The notes: generated by a model from the sequence alone, not told the origin. DNA of 64,000 bases from Rhodobiaceae bacterium (GCA_028278505.1 JANQEG010000142.1:3581-67580); one strand, 5' to 3'; counted from the stretch's first letter, positions 27,268-36,863 are shown. Translations and numbers: made by a program.

Positions 27268-28392
27268 TTAGCGCAAATTCGGCGCGAATTTCTTCGCCAG
27301 CGATTTCAGCATCCCGCCACGGTCATAGACCTGCATCGCCGCGCGCCCGCCAAGGCCGTTGGGGGCAATGACGTTGTAGAGCGGGGTCCGCTCGCAGCCG
27401 AGCGACGATTTGTAGCCCTCGTTGCCGATCGTCAGATCGATCACCTCCATGCCGAGCCGTTCGCAGTCCTGAAGCAGTGCCGCGATCGACAGATAGCCGA
27501 TCGAGTATTTCTCGAAACCGTCGGCCGCCTCGAAGCCGGTGATGATGGTGTAGAGCCGCGTCCCGTTGACCAGGCAGAAATCGGCACACAGGATCCGGCC
27601 GTTGAGCCTGCATGCGAACGTCACGACATTGCCGGTTTCGGCTTCGTCGATCGCCAGTCCGAGATAGAATTCGTAGTATTCGTCGCGGTTGAACAGATCA
27701 CCCGGAAACCGCAGCGCCCGCACCCGGCGCAGGAACGCGAACGCCTCTTTGATCTCGTCCGGATCCTTGAGAACGCGGAAATCCGGCTTGCCGACCTCGC
27801 GTTCGAGCTTGCGCCGCTTGCGGGCGATGGTATGGCGCCGGGACGACGACAGTTTCGTCCTCGCCCACGCCTCGTAGCCCATGCTGAAATCGATCGCGTA
27901 GGCGGCGTTCTTGTTTTCCGAAACACGCGGCCGATCGAGCAGTTTTGCGATATCGAAGGCCGCCGGATGCTGTTTCCGGAACAGCAGCAGATCATAAGGC
28001 GCGAGTGCGGCGTTCAACTGCCGGCGAAACCCGGCCTGACGGCTCAGCTTTTCGAGCCGGTCGGCGTCGCCGACAATGGCGTTATAGTCGGAAACGCCGA
28101 TGTCTGCAGGTTGCAGGACGGTTACGCCGAACCGCGTCTGGCGGACGAGCGGCAGCACGAAGACGAGCTGCCGCGACACCACATCGCGGGCGACGACGAT
28201 CGCCGGTTCGGCGTCGAGCCTCGGCGCCAGTCGCCGATAGAGCGCCTCGAGCCAGAACGGGCTCTGGAACACCGAGGGGCCGCCGCGTTGAAAGAGGTCG
28301 GCATATCCCTTTGAGCGGAAGTCAAACCGCGGCTCGACGGTCAGGTCGACCGCGATATCCTCTCCCGCGACCGGGAATGCGAGATCGTTCAT
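27268..28392 (-). CDS. CelD/BcsL-like GNAT-fold acyltransferase of polysaccharide loci
   Basis: 374-aa ORF with the pattern of COG5653-type proteins (FQSPFWLEALY, LRFPGDLF, GYLSIAALLQDC). Confidence 0.6.
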   Translation of the reverse strand: MNDLAFPVAGEDIAVDLTVEPRFDFRSKGYADLFQRGGPSVFQSPFWLEALYRRLAPRLDAEPAIVVARDVVSRQLVFVLPLVRQTRFGVTVLQPADIGVSDYNAIVGDADRLEKLSRQAGFRRQLNAALAPYDLLLFRKQHPAAFDIAKLLDRPRVSENKNAAYAIDFSMGYEAWARTKLSSSRRHTIARKRRKLEREVGKPDFRVLKDPDEIKEAFAFLRRVRALRFPGDLFNRDEYYEFYLGLAIDEAETGNVVTFACRLNGRILCADFCLVNGTRLYTIITGFEAADGFEKYSIGYLSIAALLQDCERLGMEVIDLTIGNEGYKSSLGCERTPLYNVIAPNGLGGRAAMQVYDRGGMLKSLAKKFAPNLR

Positions 28393-28401
28393 CGTCCGAC
28401 T

Positions 28402-29868
28402 TCACCTCCCGAACAGCAGTTCCGGCCACCGGCGGGCCTGCACATGGCCGCGCCAGATGGCCGCCACGGCACCGACGCTGATCCCCAATGCCGCGCCCAT
28501 GATGATGAGAATGAGCGTGCGCGGCGGCCAGCTTCGCTTCAGCGGCGGCGACGGTTCGGAAATGACCTGGATATTGGTGGTGTTGATGCGCTCGCGTTCG
28601 TTCATCTGCTTGGCGCGGGCAAGGAACGCTTCGTAGATGGCCGCCTTGGTGGTCGCGTCGCGCCTCAATTCGCGCAGCCTGACCTCGGCGGCATTGTCGA
28701 CGGCGACATTTGACTGGGCCGCTGCCGCGTCCTGATTGAGGTCCTCGACCACCGCAGCCGCCTGCTCATAGTCCGCCTTGGCGTTCTCGACGATCCGCGC
28801 CATCTCCGTTGCAATCAGTTTTCGCGTGGTTTCGACGCGCGACCGGGCCGCAATCAGTGTCGGATGTCGCGCCCCAAGCGTCAGCGACAGCGTCTCGGCG
28901 TCCTGCAGCCGGTCCGAATATTCGTTGCGCAGGGCATTCAGGGTCGGCGAACCCGCCGCCGCCGCGGTGTAGACACCGTCCCGCATCTCCACGATCAGAT
29001 TGTCGTAGAAGGCCTTGGTCTCGGCCAGCTTCTGCTTCGCCGCCGCAAGCTGCCGGTTGAGCTGGGTCATGGAGATCGTGCTGACCAGTTCGCCGCCGCT
29101 GAGTTGCAGCCTGTTGTCCCGGCGGAAGCTCTCCATCGCCTCCTCGGCGTTGGTCACGTCATTCTTGAGTTGAACCAGCCGGGCGCTCAACTCCTGCGCC
29201 GCCCGGTTGGCGCGGTTCGAATCGGCGCGGGCCAGTTCGTCCCTGAACGCCGCAACGATCGCCTCCGACACCCGTACCGACTTGGCCGGCTCCTTGGTCG
29301 TCACCGACATCGTCACGACGAACGAGCGCTCGTCGCGGCTCGCCCGGACCTGCTGCAACAGCGTGTCGAGAGCGCGCAGATCGCGCGGCGTGTGGGCGCC
29401 GGTCAATCCCAGCAGTGATTTGATGTCGAATCCGCCGACATATTCGGGGTCCGATGTCAGCTCCAGATTGGCGATCGCCTTGTTGAGGACGTTGCTCGAA
29501 ATGAGGATGCGCATCTTGCTTTCGACATTCAGGATCTGCGCATTCCGCTGGGTGTCGGTCGACAGCAGATTGTCGCGCACGACGTTGAGTTCGGCCGGAT
29601 CGATGAGGATTTCCGTCGACGCCGTGTATTTCGCCGGCAGCACAGCCGACGCGCCAAGGGCGAGGCCGATGCCGAGTGCTGCACAGATGAACACCAGCTT
29701 GATGTTGTCGAGCAGATAGCCGAGCAGCGCTTCCAGATCGAACTGCAGATGAGAATCGTCGTCTTCCGGGGCGGAATGCCGCGGACGGTATCGCTCTCTA
29801 CGCCGGTTGTAGAGATGGGTCACTACGTCCGCCATCTGACCGTGTCCTTTGCTGCAGCCGCTTTGCAC
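28402..29868 (-). CDS. polysaccharide chain-length determinant / GumC-ExoP-like co-polymerase (no kinase domain)
   Basis: 488-aa ORF with N- and C-terminal TM segments flanking a long coiled-coil periplasmic region. Confidence 0.75.
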   Translation of the reverse strand: MQSGCSKGHGQMADVVTHLYNRRRERYRPRHSAPEDDDSHLQFDLEALLGYLLDNIKLVFICAALGIGLALGASAVLPAKYTASTEILIDPAELNVVRDNLLSTDTQRNAQILNVESKMRILISSNVLNKAIANLELTSDPEYVGGFDIKSLLGLTGAHTPRDLRALDTLLQQVRASRDERSFVVTMSVTTKEPAKSVRVSEAIVAAFRDELARADSNRANRAAQELSARLVQLKNDVTNAEEAMESFRRDNRLQLSGGELVSTISMTQLNRQLAAAKQKLAETKAFYDNLIVEMRDGVYTAAAAGSPTLNALRNEYSDRLQDAETLSLTLGARHPTLIAARSRVETTRKLIATEMARIVENAKADYEQAAAVVEDLNQDAAAAQSNVAVDNAAEVRLRELRRDATTKAAIYEAFLARAKQMNERERINTTNIQVISEPSPPLKRSWPPRTLILIIMGAALGISVGAVAAIWRGHVQARRWPELLFGR

Positions 29869-29913
29869 ATAGGATAAAAACGCTCCGACATCATTGTTAA
29901 CATTAGGATTTAG

Positions 29914-31188
29914 TTAATATCCGGGTCTGGCGAAAAGCGGCTCTACGACCGTGCTTCGCCGCGGTTTCGGGCGGACAACGCGGCGCACGAGCGAGAACGC
30001 GATTGCCAGATAGAGCAGGAAGAACAGATCGGTGGAGCGGCCGAAATCGTTCTCCATGAAATTGTGGGCGATGATCATGCAAAAGACGCTGAACCCGAAG
30101 ATGTCGTACCGGTCCCAGGTGAGGGCGCGCCGGTAGAGATGCATGAAATTCGCGACCAGGGTCGAGATCAAGAGCGCGATGCCGACCAGCCCGCCTTCGA
30201 TCAGAACGGTCAGATAGCCGTTGTGGAAATTGTCCAGCACCCAGCCATGATCCCGTTTGAACAGCGCCAGCCGCTCCGGCGTCCAGAAGCCCGAAAGGCC
30301 GTAGCCGAAAAATTCCTGCCCGCTCAGATGCTTCAGCCCGTAGGCCCAGATGGTGGTGCGGCTGCTGGTATCGAAGGTCATGCCGTAAATGCCGAGCTGC
30401 GTCGCGTCGCTGTAATAGGTGAAGACGCCGAGCGGAACGAGCGGCACGGCGACGATCGGCACCAGGAGGAGGATAACGGTCCGAAGGCGCGCCGGGAGGA
30501 AAAGGAACCCGGCCGAGGCGAGGCCCACGGCGCAGATGAACTGGCCGCCGCGCGAGCCCGACATCAGGAGGCAATAGACGAAAAAGAGAACGAGGCTCAG
30601 CGGCAGGAGCGTCGAGCGCCGTCCGTTCGCCTTGATGCGGCCGAGGCTCAGGATCACGATGCCGACGACGGCGAGCGCGGCGAGCGCGCCATAACCGTTC
30701 TTCTGGCTGGACAGGCCGCGCCATTTGCCCTCAAGCAGCCAGCCGGTCTCGACCCCGATCGAGGGCACGGCCAGGGCGACGACCGCGCCGGCGGCAACGA
30801 ACAGCGCGCACAGGACGACGACGATGGTGAGGAAGCTGCGCCGCGACCAGATGGCCGAGATCGCCAGGGTGACGGCGAGCGCGGTTGCGATCAGGACCGC
30901 CTTCATCCCCGCCGTCGCCAGGTTTGCGCTCCAGGCGGCGGACAGGCAGGTGTAGAGCACCGAGGCAAGAAGCAGGGCCGGGCCGGCCGGTATCTGCAGA
31001 ACCGAACCACTGCGGTAGGCGGCGGCGCCGCAGAGCAGAACGATCAGGGCGGAGAGGCCGGCGAACAGCGCATAGCGCACATATTCGGCGGCGTTGCGGG
31101 CCTCCGCGTCGACGCTTCCGGCATCCCAGATCACGGCGGCCAAGAACAGGACGACCAATATGGTGAGTAATCGACTTGCCGTAATCAT
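29914..31188 (-). CDS. O-antigen ligase/polymerase (Wzy-like) family membrane protein
   Basis: 424-aa polytopic ORF with the SGSRGG motif typical of the O-antigen ligase-like domain. Confidence 0.75.
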   Translation of the reverse strand: MITASRLLTILVVLFLAAVIWDAGSVDAEARNAAEYVRYALFAGLSALIVLLCGAAAYRSGSVLQIPAGPALLLASVLYTCLSAAWSANLATAGMKAVLIATALAVTLAISAIWSRRSFLTIVVVLCALFVAAGAVVALAVPSIGVETGWLLEGKWRGLSSQKNGYGALAALAVVGIVILSLGRIKANGRRSTLLPLSLVLFFVYCLLMSGSRGGQFICAVGLASAGFLFLPARLRTVILLLVPIVAVPLVPLGVFTYYSDATQLGIYGMTFDTSSRTTIWAYGLKHLSGQEFFGYGLSGFWTPERLALFKRDHGWVLDNFHNGYLTVLIEGGLVGIALLISTLVANFMHLYRRALTWDRYDIFGFSVFCMIIAHNFMENDFGRSTDLFFLLYLAIAFSLVRRVVRPKPRRSTVVEPLFARPGY

Positions 31189-31399
31189 CGCCGCGAATTC
31201 CGCATATCGATCAACCCGGATAATCCCGTGCTACCAGGCGCCTGAACTTTTTTCCCATCCGTTTCAACGCGTTAAGTTGTCCGGGCCGGCGCCGGCCGGA
31301 CGCAGTGATGCGCAGTGTCTGGTTTTCATGAAACGATGGCCTCACTCGTTGCCCTGGAGAAAACACCGTATTCGTGTTATTTTCAATGAATTGGAACTG

Positions 31400-31446
31400 T
31401 TAAGGTTATCAGTAAACCTTAAGCGTTCATGGTTAAGGTAACCATG
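31400..31446. promoter_or_regulatory. two palindromes in the divergent polysaccharide promoter
   Basis: TTAAGGTT-N7-AACCTTAA at 31400..31422 and CATGGTTA-AGG-TAACCATG at 31428..31446. Both are perfect and share a GGTTAAGG-type core. Confidence 0.5.
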
Positions 31447-31519
31447 CCCAAGACTATTGCTTCAGATTTACGCAGCTTCGTCTATAAGTTCTATCGAACG
31501 GAATTGCGGACGACCAATC

Positions 31520-32674
31520 GTGAAAATCATTCAGGTGCAGACCCAGGCCGAGGCCGCCGGCGCGCAGCGCATATCTGACATGGTCGGCGCCGGCCTGCAG
31601 GCGCGCGGCCACGATGTGCGCACCGTCTTCATGTACCGCAAGACGGATGTCTATGACGGCGACCCAAATGCGGATTTCATTCTGCGATCGACGCCGCGCG
31701 GTCCCGCCGGCCGGGCGCGGGCGGCCTTCGGCCTCATCCGCTATCTGATCCGGGAACGGCCGGACGCCGTCATCACCTATCAGTATTGGGGCAATCTGTT
31801 CGGCACGATCGGCGGCCGCCTCGCCGGGGCCCGGCATCTGATCGCCAATCAGAGCGGCCAGCCGATGACGCGCGGCCTTCTCGGCATCGCCTCCAGGCTC
31901 GACCGGCTGATCGGCGCCTGGGGCTTTTATCACCACAACATCGTCAATTCGGCCTGGACGCTCGCTCAATTCGCCGCCTATCCGGTTGCTTATCGCCGCC
32001 GCCTCCGCCGCATCGATCACGGCGTTGCCGGACCTGATCGCCGCACCAACAAGGCTGCGGCGCGCGCCGCGTTCGGCCTGCCGGCGGGGGCAAGGCTCGT
32101 CGTCAGCACCGGCCGGCTGACGCCGGAAAAGAACCCGCACGTGCTCGTCCGTGCGCTCGGCCTCTTGCCGGACGTCCATGTGGCGATTGCCGGCACCGGC
32201 CCGAGCCGCGACGACCTCGCGGCAATCGCAAAGGAAGCGGGCGTCAGCGACCGCCTGCATCTGGTCGGCGAAGTTCCGCCCGCCCGCATCTTCGAATTCC
32301 TCGCCGCGGGCGACCTGTTCGCCTTTGCCTCTAGGTTCGAGACCTTCGGCCTTTCAGCCGCCGAGGCGGCGATTTCCGGCCTACCGGTGGTCGCGAGCGA
32401 CCTGCCCGTGCTTCACGAAGTGCTGAAGACTAGTGACGGCCGCCCGGCCGCGCTTTTCGCCGCTGGCGGCAGCGTCACGGCGTTTGCCGAAAAGATCGGA
32501 ACCGTCTTCGCGGATCCGGAAATGGCGGCACGGCTTGCGGCCGCCGGCCGCGACCTGGCGGCCCGATACGCGCCTGAGGCCATGTGCCTTGAATATGAGA
32601 GATTGCTTCAGGTGGACGATCCGACGCGGTTTCGCGCCCACGGCGCCGGAAAGCTGAAGGTCGAAAGGCCCTAA
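31520..32674 (+). CDS. family-4 (GT-B) glycosyltransferase
   Basis: ORF 31457..32674. Probable GTG start at 31520 (VKIIQVQTQ...). C-terminal FAFASRFETFGLSAAEAAISGLPVV (E-X7-E region). Confidence 0.8.
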   Translation: MKIIQVQTQAEAAGAQRISDMVGAGLQARGHDVRTVFMYRKTDVYDGDPNADFILRSTPRGPAGRARAAFGLIRYLIRERPDAVITYQYWGNLFGTIGGRLAGARHLIANQSGQPMTRGLLGIASRLDRLIGAWGFYHHNIVNSAWTLAQFAAYPVAYRRRLRRIDHGVAGPDRRTNKAAARAAFGLPAGARLVVSTGRLTPEKNPHVLVRALGLLPDVHVAIAGTGPSRDDLAAIAKEAGVSDRLHLVGEVPPARIFEFLAAGDLFAFASRFETFGLSAAEAAISGLPVVASDLPVLHEVLKTSDGRPAALFAAGGSVTAFAEKIGTVFADPEMAARLAAAGRDLAARYAPEAMCLEYERLLQVDDPTRFRAHGAGKLKVERP

Positions 32675-34125
32675 CCTCTGATTGGCACCTCGGCGATCCC
32701 GTCGATGACTTCGAGCCGGCCGCACCGGTTGAGCGTGTGGATCATCGGATAAGGCCAGCAGCCTTCGGTTTCGATTGGCTTCGGCGGCGCAAGCTCGACC
32801 GCCTCGGTCGTCAACCGATGAAGCTGCGACAGGCCGAGCCCGCCGCCATATCTTCTGGTGCCGTCCTGCACCGGCAGCAGCAGCCGCCCTTCGGCCTTGA
32901 CGAACGCCCCGCCCGGTCGCGCCCTTCGGCAGTCGATCATCACCGGATTGGCCGGATGCGGCCGCCACGGCCCGTCGAGCCGGTCGGCGAAATAGACGAC
33001 AAGCATGTCCGACGTGCTGCCGCCGCCGTCCCGATCGGTGGCAAACAGCCACAGCCGGCCGTCATGGTCGAGCAGCGTCGCATCGGAGAGCGCGCGGCCT
33101 TCGACCAGAACAGCATGGCGGACCCAGCGATCGGGAAACTGGGTGCAGCGGTAAAGCACGAGGCGGTTCGCGGCGCAGCCTTCCGGCAGCATCCAGATGG
33201 CGCCGTCGCGCCAAAACACCTGCGGATAGGAGAGATGGTGATCTTCCGCGATCACCGGCCGCGGCGGCCCGGCATTGCCGGCCGCATCGAGCTCACTCAC
33301 CGAGATCACGGCCTTGCCGTCGGCGTGAACGAAATCCTCCACGAAGATGAACAATTGTCCGTCATGCTCGAACGGAAAGGGATCGGCGTAGAAGCGGCGG
33401 CCGTCATCGGGAAGCACCGACCATGAGAGGCCGGAAAGGTCGCCGGTTTCGGCGACACCAGGGCCGTCAATGAGGCGGTAGCCGACGCGCCAATGGGCCT
33501 GGCGGTAGCGCTGCCGCCGCACCATTTCGCGCGCCAGGCGCGGCAGGCTCCGGCCGAGATAGGCGCGGGCGAAGGAGCGCGGCGCGGCAGCATCCGTGTG
33601 ATCGGTTCCGTGGCTATCTGCCGGCGCCGAACCGCCGACGGCTGCATCAACAAGCGAAACCGCCCGGGCCAGCACGTCCTCGATGCCGTGCACCAGCGAG
33701 GCGCGATTGTCGATCATCGGCCGCGCCTCGGCGACGATCCGGCCGGCATGATCGACGACATGCATGCGCGGCAGCCCGCCGGCGGCGATCGATGCGGCGA
33801 TTTCCGTGAAACTGCGGCCGCCGTCGAAGACGAGGCGAAGCCACGGGCCGCGAAGGCTGCGGGCGGACCCGGTCAGGTCGATGGTGAGGTCGGCGGCGCC
33901 ATTCGATGCGGCCGTCTTTATCGCGACCGGATCGGAGAGACGTGCGCCGCTCGGGCCGGTCAGCCGGCCGCCATATTTGAGCACGCCGTCGACGAACGGG
34001 GTCTTCGGCTCGCGCACTCCGGCAATGCCGCGAACGGCGTGGCCGGCGCGCTGAAGTCGCCGCAGGATTTCCGCATGCCAGCGGCGGGCGCCGGCCTCCG
34101 GCACGACGATTTCAAGCACGCTCAC
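32671..34125 (-). CDS. two-domain polysaccharide-locus protein: degenerate formyltransferase-like N-domain plus GINT1-N/GH43-like beta-propeller-type C-domain
   Basis: 484-aa ORF with GTG start. C-terminal half has FYADPFPFEHDGQLFIFVEDF, HLSYPQVF..DG.IWMLPE, LYRCTQFPDRW, GPWRPHPANPV and RPGGAF. Confidence 0.55.
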   Translation of the reverse strand: MSVLEIVVPEAGARRWHAEILRRLQRAGHAVRGIAGVREPKTPFVDGVLKYGGRLTGPSGARLSDPVAIKTAASNGAADLTIDLTGSARSLRGPWLRLVFDGGRSFTEIAASIAAGGLPRMHVVDHAGRIVAEARPMIDNRASLVHGIEDVLARAVSLVDAAVGGSAPADSHGTDHTDAAAPRSFARAYLGRSLPRLAREMVRRQRYRQAHWRVGYRLIDGPGVAETGDLSGLSWSVLPDDGRRFYADPFPFEHDGQLFIFVEDFVHADGKAVISVSELDAAGNAGPPRPVIAEDHHLSYPQVFWRDGAIWMLPEGCAANRLVLYRCTQFPDRWVRHAVLVEGRALSDATLLDHDGRLWLFATDRDGGGSTSDMLVVYFADRLDGPWRPHPANPVMIDCRRARPGGAFVKAEGRLLLPVQDGTRRYGGGLGLSQLHRLTTEAVELAPPKPIETEGCWPYPMIHTLNRCGRLEVIDGIAEVPIRG

Positions 34126-35488
34126 CGGAGCCTCGCCCGGCGCTCTCCGGCGCCGCCTGTCGCGCTCCGCGGCCGAAGACCAGCCGGGCGATCGAGCCGT
34201 CGATCCCGGTCAGCCGCTTGGCCGAATGGCGCAGCGCGATCGCCATGAAGACGAAGGAGAAGGCGGTCGCGGCAACCGCGCCGGTCACCTGGAAGAGGGG
34301 GATGAGCACGAAGAAGCCGATCACCCGCATCGACAGGGTCGCGACCGTGATCATGAGGCTCCGGCTTTCATGTCCGGTCAGCATCAGCACCGGCGCCGAC
34401 GGTCCCGCTGCGGCGACGGCGGCGGTGCCGATGCACAGCAGGATCAGCACCGCATGATAGGAAACATAGGCCTCGCTGAAGATCAGCAGCATCCAGTGTC
34501 CGCCGAAGACGACGACGACGATGCCGGCGGCAATGAGCGCGAAGGTCGCCTTGGCGATCGAATCGAGCAGCAGTTCGAGGCGCTCGAATTCCGCCCGGTA
34601 ATAAAGGGCCGGGATGTGGCGGCTGGAGAACATGTACATGCCGTCGGCGGCGACCGCGAACATGTTGGCGAGCCGGGTGATGATGAAATAGGCGCCGGCC
34701 ACCGAAGGCGTCATCAACAGGCCGACGATCAGCACGTCCACATACTGGTTCGACGCTTCCAGCCCGTTGGAAATCCAAAGCTTCAGCGACCGCATCGGCC
34801 ACGCGGCCAGATCGAAGCGCGGTACGGTGCCGGCGAGGCCCGGGAACAGCCGGCGGATCTTGAGCGCTATGGCTCCGAGGTGAATGGCGACAGCGGCGCC
34901 GGTCCCGGCGGAAAACATGACGAAAAGCGTCGCCAGATCGCCGCCGCTGCCGGTCAAATGGCAGAAGAGCAGGTAGAGGATCGGCGGCGCCAGCGTCAGC
35001 GTGTTGCCGATGCCGTCGCCGACGCCGATGCCGATCGCGGTCCGCACCAGATGCATGGTCACGAGCTGCAGGCCGTAAAGCGCCATGTAGAGGGTGACCG
35101 CCACGGCAAGCACCGCCGGGACGATCGCCGAAAGGACGGCATAGAAGAGGACGGAGCCGATCAGCGCCGCGCCGGCATAGCCGGCCGCGGCGAACATCAG
35201 CGCGCCCTTCAGGCGCGGCAGATCCTCCTGTGCCGCATATTCGTTCCACGACCGCATCAACAGCACCTGCTGCCCGCTTGTGGCAAAGACCGAGACCAGC
35301 CCGGCGGCACTGAACAGCATCGAGAAGGTGCCGAAATCGTGGGCGCCGAGCACCCAGGCGGCGAGCGTGAACAGCGTCAAGGCGAGCACCACCGCGCCGG
35401 CCTTGAGGGCCAGGACGCCGCCGATGTCGACCAGCGCGCCGATGCGGCTCGCGGCGAGTTCGCGGAAAAAGGCGGTTGCGGCGGTCAA
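34112..35488 (-). CDS. Wzx-type oligosaccharide flippase (MOP superfamily)
   Basis: 458-aa polytopic ORF. Its last 14 nt overlap the start of the next gene. Confidence 0.75.
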   Translation of the reverse strand: MTAATAFFRELAASRIGALVDIGGVLALKAGAVVLALTLFTLAAWVLGAHDFGTFSMLFSAAGLVSVFATSGQQVLLMRSWNEYAAQEDLPRLKGALMFAAAGYAGAALIGSVLFYAVLSAIVPAVLAVAVTLYMALYGLQLVTMHLVRTAIGIGVGDGIGNTLTLAPPILYLLFCHLTGSGGDLATLFVMFSAGTGAAVAIHLGAIALKIRRLFPGLAGTVPRFDLAAWPMRSLKLWISNGLEASNQYVDVLIVGLLMTPSVAGAYFIITRLANMFAVAADGMYMFSSRHIPALYYRAEFERLELLLDSIAKATFALIAAGIVVVVFGGHWMLLIFSEAYVSYHAVLILLCIGTAAVAAAGPSAPVLMLTGHESRSLMITVATLSMRVIGFFVLIPLFQVTGAVAATAFSFVFMAIALRHSAKRLTGIDGSIARLVFGRGARQAAPESAGRGSGERA

Positions 35489-35510
35489 AAAATGTCCTTT
35501 CGGGGCGGCG

Positions 35511-36317
35511 CTAATGCGACCGCGTCAGCATCAAATACATCGCCGTCGGATTGGTGGTCAGGTAGCGCCAGGCGAGGCGCCTCGGTTCGAGCAGGACGCG
35601 GAACGCCCATTCGATCCCGATCCGCTGCATCCAGCCCGGCGCCCGCGGATTGGTCCCCGACAGGAAGTTGAACAGCCCGCCCGAGGTCTTGATCAGCCCG
35701 ACATTGGACAGTTTGGCGGCGTGGTCGCGCACGAACAATTGCTCGCGCGGCACGCCCATGGCGAGCCACAGAATGTCGGGCGCGAGCCGGTCGATCTCGG
35801 CGAGCTTGTCGTCGAGTTCGATTCCGGCGAGATAGCCGTGGCAGTTGCCGACGAGCCGCAGCCGCGGATAGGCGGCGCGGACGGCGGAAGCGGCCTGCGC
35901 GTTTTCATCGGGGTTCGCGCCGAGCATGTAGAAGGTCCGGCCGCTCGCCTCGGCCCGCCGCGCGACGTCGTGGAAAAGATCGGTGGTCGCGACCCGTTCG
36001 GGCAGCCGACATTGCGTCAGCCAGCGCGAGGCGATCACCATCGGCTGGCCGTCGGCGACGATCTGGTCGGCGCTGCGAAAGAGCGCATCGATCTCCGGAT
36101 CGGCATTCGCCCGGGCGATCACCTCGCCATTGGCGGAGGTGAAGTAGAGCGGCCGGTCGCCGCGCGCGTGGTTTGCCGCCGCGTCGAGCATGATTTCGGC
36201 CGCTTCGGCGCGATCGACCACGGCGATCGGCAGGCCGCCAATGGTCACGGTCGGCACCGCCGCAAGGCGCGCTGCGGCCGGGCTGTGGAGATCGAAGAGC
36301 GGCGCGTGACCGTGCAT
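35511..36317 (-). CDS. WecB/TagA/CpsF-family glycosyltransferase
   Basis: ORF 35511..36476 with start moved to ATG 36317. Contains PDILWLAMGVPREQLF and RAPGWMQRIGIEWAFRVLLEPRRL. Confidence 0.8.
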   Translation of the reverse strand: MHGHAPLFDLHSPAAARLAAVPTVTIGGLPIAVVDRAEAAEIMLDAAANHARGDRPLYFTSANGEVIARANADPEIDALFRSADQIVADGQPMVIASRWLTQCRLPERVATTDLFHDVARRAEASGRTFYMLGANPDENAQAASAVRAAYPRLRLVGNCHGYLAGIELDDKLAEIDRLAPDILWLAMGVPREQLFVRDHAAKLSNVGLIKTSGGLFNFLSGTNPRAPGWMQRIGIEWAFRVLLEPRRLAWRYLTTNPTAMYLMLTRSH

Positions 36318-36570
36318 TTTTTGCAAAGCCCTGTCATTGTCCGTTCGAAGGCGATCGCCGCCGCTGTCGCGGCGTTCGCCCATAGGCGGTCCGGCCGGTC
36401 CCGGCCGCCTCGGCGGTCGGTTTCGTGCAGCAATGGTGCCGGGATGTTCCGTCTTCAGGCAGGGGATGCGCCGCAAAGACCGTCAGCCGTAAACATCGCC
36501 GCAAATCTACCGTGACCGCCGTAGAAATACGGGCGCGCGGGCGCGATTCAAAGCTCGTTCGCAAGACGGG

Positions 36571-36595
36571 GTTAATATTAATCGTTAATTTTCAA
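36571..36595. promoter_or_regulatory. AT-rich block containing the perfect palindrome TTAATATTAA
   Basis: GTTAATATTAATCGTTAATTTTCAA stands out from GC-rich surroundings upstream of the WecB-family operon. Confidence 0.3.
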
Positions 36596-36657
36596 GGCCT
36601 TCCGTCGCCCGCGTCCAGGGCGCACCATTTTCGGGCAAATGCGCTCCGTTTCGCCGT

Positions 36658-36807
36658 CCTTCTCGGAGTCATCACCGGGCTTGTTATCCGGGTGGTCCAT
36701 TGGCTTGTCGGTTTGGCCAAAGCACTGGTGAAGATATTCAGGCGCTTCGGAGCGCGGAAAGGCCATTGGATTGCCCGCATAAAGCGGGCAATGACGATGG
36801 AGAGGGG
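36658..36807 (+). repeat. MITE/REP-like element, copy 3
   Basis: ...GTCATCACCGGG-CTTGTTAT-CCGGGTGGTCCATTGG...CCATTGGATTGCCCGC-ATAAA-GCGGGCAATGACGATGGAGAGGGG. Confidence 0.8.
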
Positions 36808-36863
36808 TCAGAAAGAGCGTGAATCCGCTTCAACCGGAAAGCGCCGGAGAAAGACCGGGTGCG

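Noticed and set aside
34226-35671. 481-aa plus-strand ORF, and 30064..31170 (368 aa)
   Set aside because: They are antisense to the polytopic wzx- and wzy-like genes. The translations are highly charged, Arg/Gly/Asp-rich and without domains.
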